Positions 1 through 9,059 of a stretch of DNA of 29,555 bases are shown piece after piece. Within the stretch, counting starts at the first letter, position 1. The number at the start of each line of letters is the position of its first letter. Under the pieces are notes generated by a model. That model saw only the letters and a list, made by a program, of their open reading frames with translations, ran no database searches and was not told the DNA's origin. The stretch is taken from positions 1 to 29,555 of IMG/VR virus record IMGVR_UViG_3300025018_000434; one strand, given 5' to 3'. Origin of the DNA: a virus (lineage: Duplodnaviria > Caudoviricetes). Position numbers and translations under genes: made by a program.

Positions 1-2324
1 GAAGCATCCGTTTTTTCATAAAATTTATTCAAGTCTTGGGTCAAAAATTCTATTTCACGCTCTTTAGCGAATCCAGGCAACGACAAAGTTATTTTATTTC
101 CATATCCTCTTAAAAGGCTGTTAATTATTCCAGCTTTTTCTTCAATGCTTAAATCGCTAGGCTTTATGCCTAATTTTCCAGCTTTTTCAGCAATAGCTTT
201 TTCCACTATACTCCAACCATCCGTGCCGTGTAGGTAGTTCATAAATCCCTCGGGGTCCTTGATAATTCTAGGAAAATAATTTCCACGATATTGCACATCC
301 ATTCCTACTCCGTTTGCTCTTTCATAAATATCATCCAGCACTTTTCTTGTCTGGTCTAGTTGTTTTGAAAATCCATATTTTTCAGCAATAGCGTTAATGG
401 TTTTTTCATCTCCATTTTTTCTAGCAAGGTCAAAAATTTCTCTGTCCGAGATTGAAAGCTTTTTTTGTTCTCTCAAAAATGGCAATGTCTTTTTAGTGTC
501 TTCAAGCACTCCGATGCCTGTGTCATAATCCAGTCTTCTAATAGCTGGTTTTAGCTCAGGTGCGATATTGCCCATTCGAGTAGAAATAGGAGTAAGCAGT
601 TTTTCTACTCCTCGCTTAAAGGAATTTTTAGTTGTGGCAGTTATGGCTTCTTTTTGCGAAGATTTAAAAATAGAGTATTTTTCTTTCGGCTGGATGTTAT
701 ATTTTTTCTCTGCTTCTTTTATCACATCATCCGCTTTTAATAATTCAGGTTTTTCTGCTATTTCTTGTTTTATCGTTTCGATACTTCTTTCTTTTTCAAC
801 TTCTTTTGCCTTTAAAATACTAGCGTTCTTTTCTTCTTGCATTGCTATTTTAACAGCATTTTCTTTGTCCTCTGCTTTTTTTATGTTTATTTCTTCCTGA
901 AATTCCTGTTCTGGGGTTAATCTTTTAATTTTAGTTTCAACTTTTGGAACTTCTACCTTAGGAGTTATCCCTTGGGGTTGCATTATTTCATCAGCCGTTT
1001 TTCTTATGCCCCTTTGTCTTGAAACCTGCCAAGCGTCTGGTTTTAATTGTTTGCCAGTGTATTTTTCATTTAGTAGGTCTATATTTTCAGTTTTGTTTAT
1101 TTGTTTGTCTAAAATCTTGCTTGCCGAAAATTTCTTTATTCCTTGTGGTTGGGAGAGAAGGGTTTTTGTTTTAATTTTAGACGGGTCAAATATAGTAATG
1201 TTTTTTCCATTTCCAGTTTCAAGTTCTACGCCATCATAACCCTCTTTAATAAGTTTTTGTGTGTCTATTTTATAAGCGTCTGAATCTGAAATTTTCTTAA
1301 GTTTTATATCTTTCGGTAAATACCCCTCTACGACACCGCCCCCATATCCTTTAGCATTTGCCTTGCTTGTAGTCAAGTAAGAACCATCACCAAAAGCACT
1401 CACGCCTGTTTGAATAGGCATTTTCTTGAATCCTTCTTTTTCAATGATATCCGCCTTATCGCTTCCGTGATATACCTTTATATAATCTTTCGTGTTTATC
1501 TTCCCCCCTTCTTGTAGAGGGGGTTTAGGTGCGGATTCTATGATATCATCCACCATATTCTTAATAACTCTCTCTCTTTTGTCCATTGCTAAAACAGAGA
1601 ACTCGTCCAGTCTTTCTCCGATTTTAGCCAAAACTTGCGGAGGCGGTGCTTGCCCTGTCTTCTTAATTATATCTGTTGTAATTTCAGCAGTCCTGACAAT
1701 ATTGGCAACTTGTTTTTCAGTATTCACTCCTTCAAGAATCTTAGAAATTTTAGGGATTATTTCTTCGGCGATATTGAAACTTTTAAGATGTTCCGCAATC
1801 TCAACCGCCTTAACTGATTTTGCTATTTTGGAAATACCTACCACAGCTTTTGCACCTTTTAACACCCCGGCTGGAAGAAAAGAAGCAATATCAGCTATTT
1901 TCATAACCTGCTCCTCACCTGCTGTTTTAGGTATATTAAATTCTTGAAGCTTTTTCTTTATTTCATCTCGTTGCTGTTCATTTCGTTCATAAAAATCAGG
2001 GAACAATTTTTGCACTAAAATCCTTTGTGGTTTACTCAATGCGTGTCCAACAGTTTCAGCCACATCTAAAATTTCTCCGCCAAAGCGAGCAACTCCTAGA
2101 GCTTTTTCTTTTAATGTCGGTTTGGCTTGCAGTATTTCCTCTCTTGGTCGTTCGCTTCTTGTTGGTGTTATAAACTCTTTTCCGACATTAAAAATGGTTT
2201 TACCAACCGTTTTAGCCGCCTGCAATAAATTTGAAGGACGAAAAGTTTCCGCCAAAACATTTACTTTTGGTTGTTGTTGTTTTTTTCTAGCAAAAAGTTG
2301 TTGCAGTGTTTCCTGAGTTGGCAT
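1..2324 (-). CDS. Large virion ejection/polyvalent protein containing an ADP-ribosyltransferase-like domain; runs off the window edge (>770 aa)
   Basis: Not in the ORF track. Manual translation from ATG at 2324 (MPTQETLQQLFARKKQQQPK...) stays open to position 1. It contains VYHGSDK...F...FGDGSYLTTSKANAKGYG...V.GYL...LIKEGYDGV...ITIFDPSKIK at ~1170-1480 and later NYFPRII. It starts 2 nt after the stop of the upstream gene. Confidence 0.85.
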   Translation of the reverse strand, partial: MPTQETLQQLFARKKQQQPKVNVLAETFRPSNLLQAAKTVGKTIFNVGKEFITPTRSERPREEILQAKPTLKEKALGVARFGGEILDVAETVGHALSKPQRILVQKLFPDFYERNEQQRDEIKKKLQEFNIPKTAGEEQVMKIADIASFLPAGVLKGAKAVVGISKIAKSVKAVEIAEHLKSFNIAEEIIPKISKILEGVNTEKQVANIVRTAEITTDIIKKTGQAPPPQVLAKIGERLDEFSVLAMDKRERVIKNMVDDIIESAPKPPLQEGGKINTKDYIKVYHGSDKADIIEKEGFKKMPIQTGVSAFGDGSYLTTSKANAKGYGGGVVEGYLPKDIKLKKISDSDAYKIDTQKLIKEGYDGVELETGNGKNITIFDPSKIKTKTLLSQPQGIKKFSASKILDKQINKTENIDLLNEKYTGKQLKPDAWQVSRQRGIRKTADEIMQPQGITPKVEVPKVETKIKRLTPEQEFQEEINIKKAEDKENAVKIAMQEEKNASILKAKEVEKERSIETIKQEIAEKPELLKADDVIKEAEKKYNIQPKEKYSIFKSSQKEAITATTKNSFKRGVEKLLTPISTRMGNIAPELKPAIRRLDYDTGIGVLEDTKKTLPFLREQKKLSISDREIFDLARKNGDEKTINAIAEKYGFSKQLDQTRKVLDDIYERANGVGMDVQYRGNYFPRIIKDPEGFMNYLHGTDGWSIVEKAIAEKAGKLGIKPSDLSIEEKAGIINSLLRGYGNKITLSLPGFAKEREIEFLTQDLNKFYEKTDA

Positions 2325-2326
2325 AA

Positions 2327-3433
2327 TTATTTGAATAAGTTTTTAGTTCCCGACCATAAGTTACTCCAAAAACCCGCTCCGCTTCCGGTTATTGTTCCAA
2401 ATGTTCCGCCTGGCTCATAACCACCCATATCTATCTTGTAAGCGTCGGCTATATCTGAAACGCTATAACCATAAGGCGAAACAGCACTTTCGATATTTTT
2501 CAATGGTACATTTTGGCTCATAAGACTTGTAATGGTATTTGCCAAAGAATCAGTCAGTTTGCTTTCCTTCGCCTGTTGCGGTGAAATTCCTTGATACAGA
2601 AATCTATCCGCATTCGCTATGTCTGATGGGTCAATTCCTGCCGCTCTTAACTTTCTTTCTTCTTGCGCAGTATATCCTCCACTTGCTATGGAAGATTTAG
2701 AAACTTTTGAACTTGCAATTTTTTTAGCCTCCGACAATGCAGACTTATTGTATTTAGCAATTTTCTTTTCCAATTCGCTTGTGCTTTTTCCTTTAGGGTT
2801 TATCCCATATTGCAAAGCTATCTGTTTGAGTTCTTTCTTGTAAGCGTCTTTGGCTTCTTCCTTAGCTTTTTCCGTTATATATTTATCGGCTTTTTGCAAA
2901 GCACTTTCGTAAGAATCTCCGTAAGTGATATTAGCCTTTCCGCCAGTCTGTCTGATAAGGTCTTGTAGTTGTGCTCTTTCTTCTTGCGCAATCGCATATC
3001 GGTTAGAAGCCTCCCCTTTTAAAGTAGAAAGATAAGCTATTTTAGCGTTCAAGTTTTCACCTAGAGCTTGTTCGGACAAAGCCCCTTTATCGGACGCTTC
3101 ACGCTGAAAGCCTCTCAATACATTGAGGTTTTCGGGTAAGTTGCCGATACCTTGGACTTGACTGCGGGTGTTCTGCCGTAAAGTGTTGAGTTCGTTGGTC
3201 AATCCGGTCACCTCGCCTTGAGCACCCTTGATTTCAGCGGAGTTCATAAACTGGTCATACAGACCGTATGGGTCGCTCAAATTTGGGGCTGTAACAGGTG
3301 CGGACACGGTTGAGGCTACATTGACAGGTGAATACACCTGCGCCGCCGTAGGGGGCGTGTAGATTTGACTGGAGACAGTCGGTGCGACTGCTTGTCCAGT
3401 AAGTGAATTTACTGTTGGTTGAAGTTCTGCCAT
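2327..3433 (-). CDS. Putative ejection/DNA pilot protein
   Basis: 368 aa, A/Q/S-rich and coiled-coil-like, with a Gly-rich amphipathic C-terminus (GAGFWSNLWSG). Lies between the tail spike and the large ejection-type protein. Confidence 0.55.
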   Translation of the reverse strand: MAELQPTVNSLTGQAVAPTVSSQIYTPPTAAQVYSPVNVASTVSAPVTAPNLSDPYGLYDQFMNSAEIKGAQGEVTGLTNELNTLRQNTRSQVQGIGNLPENLNVLRGFQREASDKGALSEQALGENLNAKIAYLSTLKGEASNRYAIAQEERAQLQDLIRQTGGKANITYGDSYESALQKADKYITEKAKEEAKDAYKKELKQIALQYGINPKGKSTSELEKKIAKYNKSALSEAKKIASSKVSKSSIASGGYTAQEERKLRAAGIDPSDIANADRFLYQGISPQQAKESKLTDSLANTITSLMSQNVPLKNIESAVSPYGYSVSDIADAYKIDMGGYEPGGTFGTITGSGAGFWSNLWSGTKNLFK

Positions 3434-3441
3434 ATGTGTGT

Positions 3442-3470
3442 ATTATATCAGATTATTTAGTGTTTGTCCA
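3442..3470 (-). promoter_or_regulatory. sigma70-type promoter for the ejection-protein genes (near-leaderless)
   Basis: TGGACA-17 bp-TATAAT with a TG extension; the -10 box ends 8 nt before the ATG at 3433. Confidence 0.7.
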
Positions 3471-3499
3471 TTGACAATGTTATTTAACTGTGCTAGATT
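3471..3499 (+). promoter_or_regulatory. sigma70-type promoter for the small plus-strand gene
   Basis: TTGACA-17 bp-TAGATT with a TG extension, back-to-back with the minus-strand promoter. Confidence 0.7.
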
Positions 3500-3514
3500 A
3501 TTTATATCAATTTG

Positions 3515-3579
3515 CTTGGGGCGAATTTATTACTAAGATAGTGTATTTCCCCAAGAGATACGCTATTTTTTAATTTTTA
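3515..3579 (+). terminator. Leader terminator/attenuator hairpin whose loop is complementary to an upstream box
   Basis: AAGATAGTGTATTTC-CCCAA-GAGATACGCTATTTT forms a 15-bp stem with G-U pairs, followed by a U-rich tract. CTTGGGG (3515-3521) is complementary to CCCCAAG (3549-3555). Confidence 0.65.
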
Positions 3580-3589
3580 AGTTAAATTT

Positions 3590-3784
3590 ATGAAAAATAT
3601 CTGGACAATACTGGCAACGATCTTTATTTCTACTTACTTTTGGATTGAAATCGAGAAACAAAATCTTGCGGTGGTGAAAGCTGTCATAAGTTGTGCTAAC
3701 ACTGAATCATTTGATGAATCAGCCTACAAAATTTGCCAGAAATATGCTGTTAAGGCTGGCGTATTTAATGAGTTATTTGACTAG
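3590..3784 (+). CDS. Small membrane-anchored protein (moron-like)
   Basis: 64 aa with an N-terminal hydrophobic helix and a Cys pair. Has its own promoter and runs opposite to the structural operon. Confidence 0.6.
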   Translation: MKNIWTILATIFISTYFWIEIEKQNLAVVKAVISCANTESFDESAYKICQKYAVKAGVFNELFD

Positions 3785-5191
3785 CCACAATTCGTAATTA
3801 TCAGAAATATCTTTAATCTTTGTCCAGTTTGGGTTAGTGGGCTGTCCCTTCAATAAAGGTATTTGACCTATCAACCCTATGTCATTCCATTCTGGTCTAT
3901 CTTTTCTAGGGAGATAATCTTTCTTTGAATCATAATCAGGGCTAATAATATTTTCTTGCTTAATTTTCAATTTAGCACCTTTTGGAGGTGCTACCTCATC
4001 AGACCACCCTCGTATTTTTTTACCATCTTTCCATTTTGCATACCATCTCTCTCTATCGCCCTTCAATAATCTTCCAAGTTCATCTCTTTGATACTTTCCT
4101 TTCCATTCTTTAGCCCCTGCTCCTCCGCCGTGGACGAATGAGCCGTCAGATACTATCCCAAAAGGTATTTCGCCAACAAGTGCTGGTCTTGTTAGCCCAT
4201 TATCAAAAACCATTGAAGTCCCAATGGGTATTTTTTTATCTCCAAATTCAGGAATAGCTTCAAAATATTCAGCATAGTCATAAGTAAAATAATCATCAAA
4301 ATACGCATCACCAGCTAATATATATAAATCTCCATCATCTTGAAATTGTGTATGCCCATTCGCATCATTTACAACCTCACAAATATCGCTTCCACCATCT
4401 GAATTAAAAATAAGTCTCAAATAATCTTCTGATTCTAAATACAAATCAACATTAGAACCTAAAATTGTAGTAGTGGCGTTAGCAGCAAAAAATCCCTTTT
4501 GAACACCTCCATATTCAATATCACACTGACCGCCATACGCGCCTACATATAAATGAACATTACCCGTAGACGCACTAGATGAAGCATATATATTTCCTCC
4601 ATAAACAGTAGAGCCACTTATTGTTACTCCAGATATTGTTCCAGCAGTAATACTGCCAAGAGTTCCTGCAGCTGCAACAAGCGTCCCTGAAAAAGTAGCA
4701 TTTCCAGTTGTAGCGTCTAAAGTAAAAGTAGCTACCCCATTAGCGGCTCCTAAAATTCCTCTAGCGTTCATAACCACACCTGATCCGCTAGTCACTAACC
4801 CAGTTGTAGGCGACCAAGCAATCGTGCCAGTTTTAAATGCTCCAGCATAATCTGTGGCAGTGAAAGAAAAATCTTGTAAGATAGTCTTTGAAGAAGTATT
4901 TAGCGCGGCGTTGATAACATTTATGAAATTTCCACCTGCTCCAAGGCTGTCTATGATAACTGTTCCGGCGGAGTTTTTAAATTTAAAAGAGCCATCTGTT
5001 TTAATATAAGCGTTGGCGTCGTCAAAAACCCTAGAACCAAACTTTATTCCCTCCTTATCCCCATAAATAACTGTCCCCTCTCCGCTTCCGATTGAGATTT
5101 CAGCAAAATGTGAAACCTGATTAAAAGTCGGGGCGTTTTGTGCCTTGGGAAATTCTGGTATTACGAACGACTGACTATCAAAAATTGACAT
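3773..5191 (-). CDS. Tail spike/fibre with a C-terminal Peptidase_G2-type intramolecular chaperone
   Basis: G/T/S-rich beta-repeat body. The C-terminus has YDYAEYFE...PFGIVS...WKGKYQRDELGR...PDYD...YLPRKDRPEWNDIGLIGQ, as in the phi29 gp12-like autocleaving domain. Confidence 0.8.
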   Translation of the reverse strand: MSIFDSQSFVIPEFPKAQNAPTFNQVSHFAEISIGSGEGTVIYGDKEGIKFGSRVFDDANAYIKTDGSFKFKNSAGTVIIDSLGAGGNFINVINAALNTSSKTILQDFSFTATDYAGAFKTGTIAWSPTTGLVTSGSGVVMNARGILGAANGVATFTLDATTGNATFSGTLVAAAGTLGSITAGTISGVTISGSTVYGGNIYASSSASTGNVHLYVGAYGGQCDIEYGGVQKGFFAANATTTILGSNVDLYLESEDYLRLIFNSDGGSDICEVVNDANGHTQFQDDGDLYILAGDAYFDDYFTYDYAEYFEAIPEFGDKKIPIGTSMVFDNGLTRPALVGEIPFGIVSDGSFVHGGGAGAKEWKGKYQRDELGRLLKGDRERWYAKWKDGKKIRGWSDEVAPPKGAKLKIKQENIISPDYDSKKDYLPRKDRPEWNDIGLIGQIPLLKGQPTNPNWTKIKDISDNYELWLVK

Positions 5192-6501
5192 TAGTGTATT
5201 TTAATTTTTCTTATTACTGGTGAGTAGGTTGTTGAGGCGACTAAAACTACTTTAGCCTTAACTGTAGATTTGCTATTGAAGCCGTTTTCTGAGTAATAAA
5301 CTCTGTCATTGGAGTCGTCTTTGACAATAGTATGCGAAGCCAGTGAAGCTGAATCAACGGAAACTGTGGCGGTCAAAGATGTCCCTGTCGGAATTGAATC
5401 ATATCCTATTCTTAATTTAGCCAGTTTACCCTCAGCAATCGGAGTGATGAAAAATCCGCTGTATTTGTTAGTAGAAAGTTTGTCTATTCCATAACTTGTA
5501 GAGTTTTTAAACGAGGAGAACACCTGAGAGCCTACAACGCACACAGCGCCGATTTGAGTGCCTTGACCTAGCGATGACACATATTCGATAACCTGAGCCA
5601 CAGGTAGCTTTGAGTGAGCTGTACCGAGCGAATAGATGCCTCTGGTAGTTCCGAATAACGGCAAGCCGTTTAAGTTATCCGAAGCATAAGGATTGACCGC
5701 CGTAGTGACCAAAGTGTCAGAATCTCGCAATCTGCTCCATAAAACTGCCTTTGAGCCGTTCCAATAGTAAATATTGCCAACTGTTCCAGCTTGAATCATG
5801 TTTAAATTGTCTGTGGGGATGAAAGCGTTCACTCCTCCCTCTGAAATAAGGTCATCTATGCTCCAAGAAGATGAATAAGTGTCCCACCAAAACATCCAGC
5901 CCGAAGTTGAACCAATTAAAATTCCATTGGACTCTACCGCTACCGCTACCGCTACTTGAGTCGGGTCAAGGTCAAGTACATTAGCTGAGAAAGCTCCCGA
6001 AAGGTCAACGGCGGCGATTAAATAAGTGTCTGTAATATAAAGAGATAAACGAGTAGCCACCATATGCCTCGGGTTGGTATGGGTATTGGTAAAAGTCGCC
6101 CAAGTATCTGCCCAAGTCGAAACACCGTCAAATCTACCGAGTTTATTTGAATACGAATAATAAAGATAGCCGTTAAAATACCCTATACCTGTGATAGCAG
6201 GTGCGGCGGCGACTGTATTGACGAGTGAAACCACTCCTGCCGAAGTAACTTTGAAAATCTTGCCGTTAGTCGCTCCGAAATAACTGTCGCCTGCAGGAGT
6301 CTTAACTTTGCAAGTGCAAAGAGCGTCAATGATTGGAGTTTCCAAATCTAAATTCTCACACGCTTTTGAGCCTGTGATAGTTCCTGGTTTAGAATGAATG
6401 TCTAACCCGACAATCGTATCAAAACCTTGCTGGTCATTTTCGGAAATTCCTATGCCGTTTGACCAATTTCCGTATAAGTATGAGCCGTCTTTTTGTTGCA
6501 T
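5191..6501 (-). CDS. Putative tail nozzle/tubular protein (beta-propeller-like)
   Basis: 436 aa, beta-rich with repeated aromatic/Gly blades; located in the tail module. Confidence 0.55.
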   Translation of the reverse strand: MQQKDGSYLYGNWSNGIGISENDQQGFDTIVGLDIHSKPGTITGSKACENLDLETPIIDALCTCKVKTPAGDSYFGATNGKIFKVTSAGVVSLVNTVAAAPAITGIGYFNGYLYYSYSNKLGRFDGVSTWADTWATFTNTHTNPRHMVATRLSLYITDTYLIAAVDLSGAFSANVLDLDPTQVAVAVAVESNGILIGSTSGWMFWWDTYSSSWSIDDLISEGGVNAFIPTDNLNMIQAGTVGNIYYWNGSKAVLWSRLRDSDTLVTTAVNPYASDNLNGLPLFGTTRGIYSLGTAHSKLPVAQVIEYVSSLGQGTQIGAVCVVGSQVFSSFKNSTSYGIDKLSTNKYSGFFITPIAEGKLAKLRIGYDSIPTGTSLTATVSVDSASLASHTIVKDDSNDRVYYSENGFNSKSTVKAKVVLVASTTYSPVIRKIKIH

Positions 6502-6502
6502 A

Positions 6503-6670
6503 CTAGTCTTCCATATAAATTATAATTTCTCGTTCTGTTTGTTCTACTTTAACAACTTTTTCGCAAGCCTTCAAAGTTTCCACATACTCCAATCCTTGTT
6601 TAAGCTTTTGCTCCCTTGTCTGTTGGGTTGGTTTCGTCCCGCAAGTCAGTAGGAATTTTGCTATCTTCAT
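6503..6670 (-). CDS. Hypothetical protein (55 aa)
   Basis: Manual translation MKIAKFLLTCGTKPTQQTREQKLKQGLEYVETLKACEKVVKVEQTEREIIIYMED. The stop lies 1 nt before the next ATG. Confidence 0.55.
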   Translation of the reverse strand: MKIAKFLLTCGTKPTQQTREQKLKQGLEYVETLKACEKVVKVEQTEREIIIYMED

Positions 6671-6794
6671 ATTTTTCCAAATTGTTAAGACTGTTTAAAA
6701 CTTCATTTATTTTTCCTACTGTGACATTGGGATAAGCCCCCATTTGTAGGAGTTGCATAATCTCGACTACTTGTTTTTTCTCAATCTTGTACAT
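6600..6794 (-). CDS. Hypothetical protein
   Basis: 64 aa ORF in operon orientation with an A-rich upstream region. Confidence 0.6.
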   Translation of the reverse strand: MYKIEKKQVVEIMQLLQMGAYPNVTVGKINEVLNSLNNLEKYEDSKIPTDLRDETNPTDKGAKA

Positions 6795-6810
6795 TTATTT
6801 AAATTTATAA

Positions 6811-7308
6811 TTAACCCATTGGCTTCGTCCTGTTTGTCCAATTCGTTTCAGGTGTTGATGGCTTCGTCCTATTTCCCCACGAGGTAGTCGGTTTTGTTCT
6901 GGGCATCCACAATCCTATTTTTCTTTTAAGAGTTAGTGTCTGCGAAACAAATTCTCGCAACGTTCTTTTTAAGGTTAGATTTTTTTCTACAAAACTTCTT
7001 ACTGTTCTTTTAAGAGTTGAGTTCTGTGAAACATATGCCCTGATAGTCCTTTTTAATGTCAATGTCTTGGTGAAATAAGCCTGAATACATCTTTTTAATG
7101 TTAAAGTTTGGCTGAAATATTCTCTTATCGTTCGCTTTAATGTTAGTGTCTGACTAAAATATTGTCGGATAGTTCTTTTCAGTGTTGAGGTGCTGGAAAC
7201 ATACGCCCTCACGGTTCTTTTCAGAGTTAAGGTAGCAATAAAATATAGAACATTCATCCCGCCCATCACTCCATATTTGTTTATCCCGTATTTTCTTGTT
7301 CCGTACAT
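6811..7308 (-). CDS. Basic Thr-rich tandem-repeat virion protein
   Basis: Eight 14-aa repeats (FSQTLTLKRTIRxY consensus), N-terminal YG repeats and C-terminal W..RTKP repeats. Confidence 0.75.
   Translation of the reverse strand: MYGTRKYGINKYGVMGGMNVLYFIATLTLKRTVRAYVSSTSTLKRTIRQYFSQTLTLKRTIREYFSQTLTLKRCIQAYFTKTLTLKRTIRAYVSQNSTLKRTVRSFVEKNLTLKRTLREFVSQTLTLKRKIGLWMPRTKPTTSWGNRTKPSTPETNWTNRTKPMG
6915..7245 (-). repeat. Degenerate 42-bp coding tandem repeat (about 8 units)
   Basis: Recurring ctttt(t)aa.gtta / cttttaagagtt motifs at 42-nt spacing, encoding TLTLKR. Confidence 0.75.
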
Positions 7309-7309
7309 A

Positions 7310-7363
7310 TTATATTTCCATTAAGTTCCAGAATCTTTTTAAGAGAGTTATTATTTCTTGCAT
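7310..7363 (-). CDS. Possible 17-aa micropeptide
   Basis: MQEIITLLKRFWNLMEI fills the intergenic gap exactly (TAA-TT-ATG ... TAA-T-ATG). Confidence 0.35.
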   Translation of the reverse strand: MQEIITLLKRFWNLMEI

Positions 7364-7365
7364 AA

Positions 7366-8520
7366 TTAGATTTCGTAATCTATAAATCCTATTGCTCTTT
7401 TATTACCAGATGTTGTCCAATTAGCAGATGTTGCTCCGTAAGTTAAAGTTATACTTGCCCCTGCGGAAACTATTGAAAAATAAGTAGTAGAAATAATATT
7501 ATTATCCGTCCCTAATCCAACTGCATACCAACTCATATTAGTAATTGTTTTAGCAGTAAATGGAATAGTTGCAGTAAAGTTAGTAGCATTGCTTGTTCCT
7601 GCTGTCGCCTCACGGTATTTGATAAAAACATTGTTATTTCTGATTTGGTATTTATAAACAGTGTTAGTCGGATTAGCTGAAAAACCAACTAATGTCGGAA
7701 CCCAATCTAACCATCTCGTTTCATAAATCGGTCTTTGAATAAGATTTTTAGCCGCGAAAGTTGGAACTGTCCAAGTATATCCAGCTCCAGCTGAAAGAGT
7801 AGCGGCGAAACGACCTATGTTGACATAATAATCAGTTGCGGCGGCGTTTGTGATAGTTGAGATAGCGGCGTATTTTTCATTTGTAGTTGTAGCTGAAAAA
7901 TCATCGTAAGAATTAGCTCCTGGAAAACGAGAAAATCCAATTACAACTCCGTCAGTGGCATTGTACCCGAGATAAACAAAGTAATCTATTTCTTTTGTAG
8001 CAAGTTCTGCTGAACCAGCGTTGCACCAGTTTGTGGCGTCTGCTTTCGTAACTGATAAAGCGGCAGTAATTGCGTAAAATGAATCTCCAATTTTTTTCCA
8101 TATCGGTCTTGCAACTGTTGCATCAGTTCCATCCATATGTTTCAAAGCTACTGTTAAGTCATTGTTTGCAACACTAGGGACTATCTTATAAGGCGTCTCG
8201 GTAGTCTTTACATCTTCGGCAGTCAAAACTAAACTCACATTCTTCGTTCCAGCTGAAAAATCAACCAAAGAGCCAGAGTTGGAAGAAGCATAAACTGTCA
8301 CCCGAGTTAAAGTATCGGGCGTTGCGTCAGTGAAAACACCCTCTCCAACTTCCCATTCTGATTGGTCAGCGTTTTCGATATGATAGCGGACAGTCGCACC
8401 CGAAGTCACATTGCCAGCGAAAATTCTAGCTCCTGTTTGTGCGACAGCTTCTAGATTGATTGTGCCTGTGCCTATGGAGGCGGTTGTGTCGCCTATATTG
8501 TCTTTGCGTTCTAAAGCCAT
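7366..8520 (-). CDS. Tail fibre / virion structural protein
   Basis: The N-terminus (DTTASIGTGTINL...YHIE...EWEVGEG...TLTR..V.ASSNSGSLVDFSAGTKNV) matches a common phage fibre attachment domain. The C-terminus is T/A-rich and beta-like. Confidence 0.7.
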   Translation of the reverse strand: MALERKDNIGDTTASIGTGTINLEAVAQTGARIFAGNVTSGATVRYHIENADQSEWEVGEGVFTDATPDTLTRVTVYASSNSGSLVDFSAGTKNVSLVLTAEDVKTTETPYKIVPSVANNDLTVALKHMDGTDATVARPIWKKIGDSFYAITAALSVTKADATNWCNAGSAELATKEIDYFVYLGYNATDGVVIGFSRFPGANSYDDFSATTTNEKYAAISTITNAAATDYYVNIGRFAATLSAGAGYTWTVPTFAAKNLIQRPIYETRWLDWVPTLVGFSANPTNTVYKYQIRNNNVFIKYREATAGTSNATNFTATIPFTAKTITNMSWYAVGLGTDNNIISTTYFSIVSAGASITLTYGATSANWTTSGNKRAIGFIDYEI

Positions 8521-8539
8521 ATTTTTATACTTTTAATTA

Positions 8540-9046
8540 TCAGGCCGCTGTTTCTCCCTTTACTGTGAAAGTCATTACGTCATCTGTTGCGACAGTCGCA
8601 GCGTCGATTACCCATTTAACCCACACTCCTTTAACTTCCCCAGGGGCTAAATCTCCAAGAGAAAGTCCATTTGCAAAGTCAACGGCTGTTACAAAGGTAA
8701 CTGCTGGGTTTGGTGCGGTGTCTTCATCGGCGACTGTGTCCATCGGAGAACCTGTTTCATCTGCCAAAGCGACAGTCACGGCGGTCGTTGCCGAAGGAGT
8801 GTTTGAGCTGATGTAAATCTTTGGTGAAGTTGCCGTCAAAGTTCCGTGGTTATTCTTGACGAAAAACCCTCTATATTTTGTTGAACCTGCTTCTGATTCC
8901 GCTGCTCCTGCTAGTGCGAAAAGGTTGTTAACTGTGTTGTCGACTATTTCAACTGAGGAAACAACACCTCCGAGAGAAGCGTCTACATCTGAATTAGCTG
9001 CACCTCCACTTAAGAGGAATTTTATATCACTTGATACGATTGCCAT
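8540..9046 (-). CDS. Virion structural protein (beta-sandwich-like)
   Basis: 168 aa, acidic and A/T/V-rich; SLGG..SS...NNLF...KYRGFFVKNNH...LGDLAPGE.KGVWVKW pattern; in the tail module. Confidence 0.6.
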   Translation of the reverse strand: MAIVSSDIKFLLSGGAANSDVDASLGGVVSSVEIVDNTVNNLFALAGAAESEAGSTKYRGFFVKNNHGTLTATSPKIYISSNTPSATTAVTVALADETGSPMDTVADEDTAPNPAVTFVTAVDFANGLSLGDLAPGEVKGVWVKWVIDAATVATDDVMTFTVKGETAA

Positions 9047-9059
9047 ATTTTTTTATTTA

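Noticed and set aside
6915-7245. 42-bp periodic repeat as a CRISPR array
   Set aside because: The units are degenerate at synonymous positions, in frame, and lack unique spacers, so this is a protein repeat.
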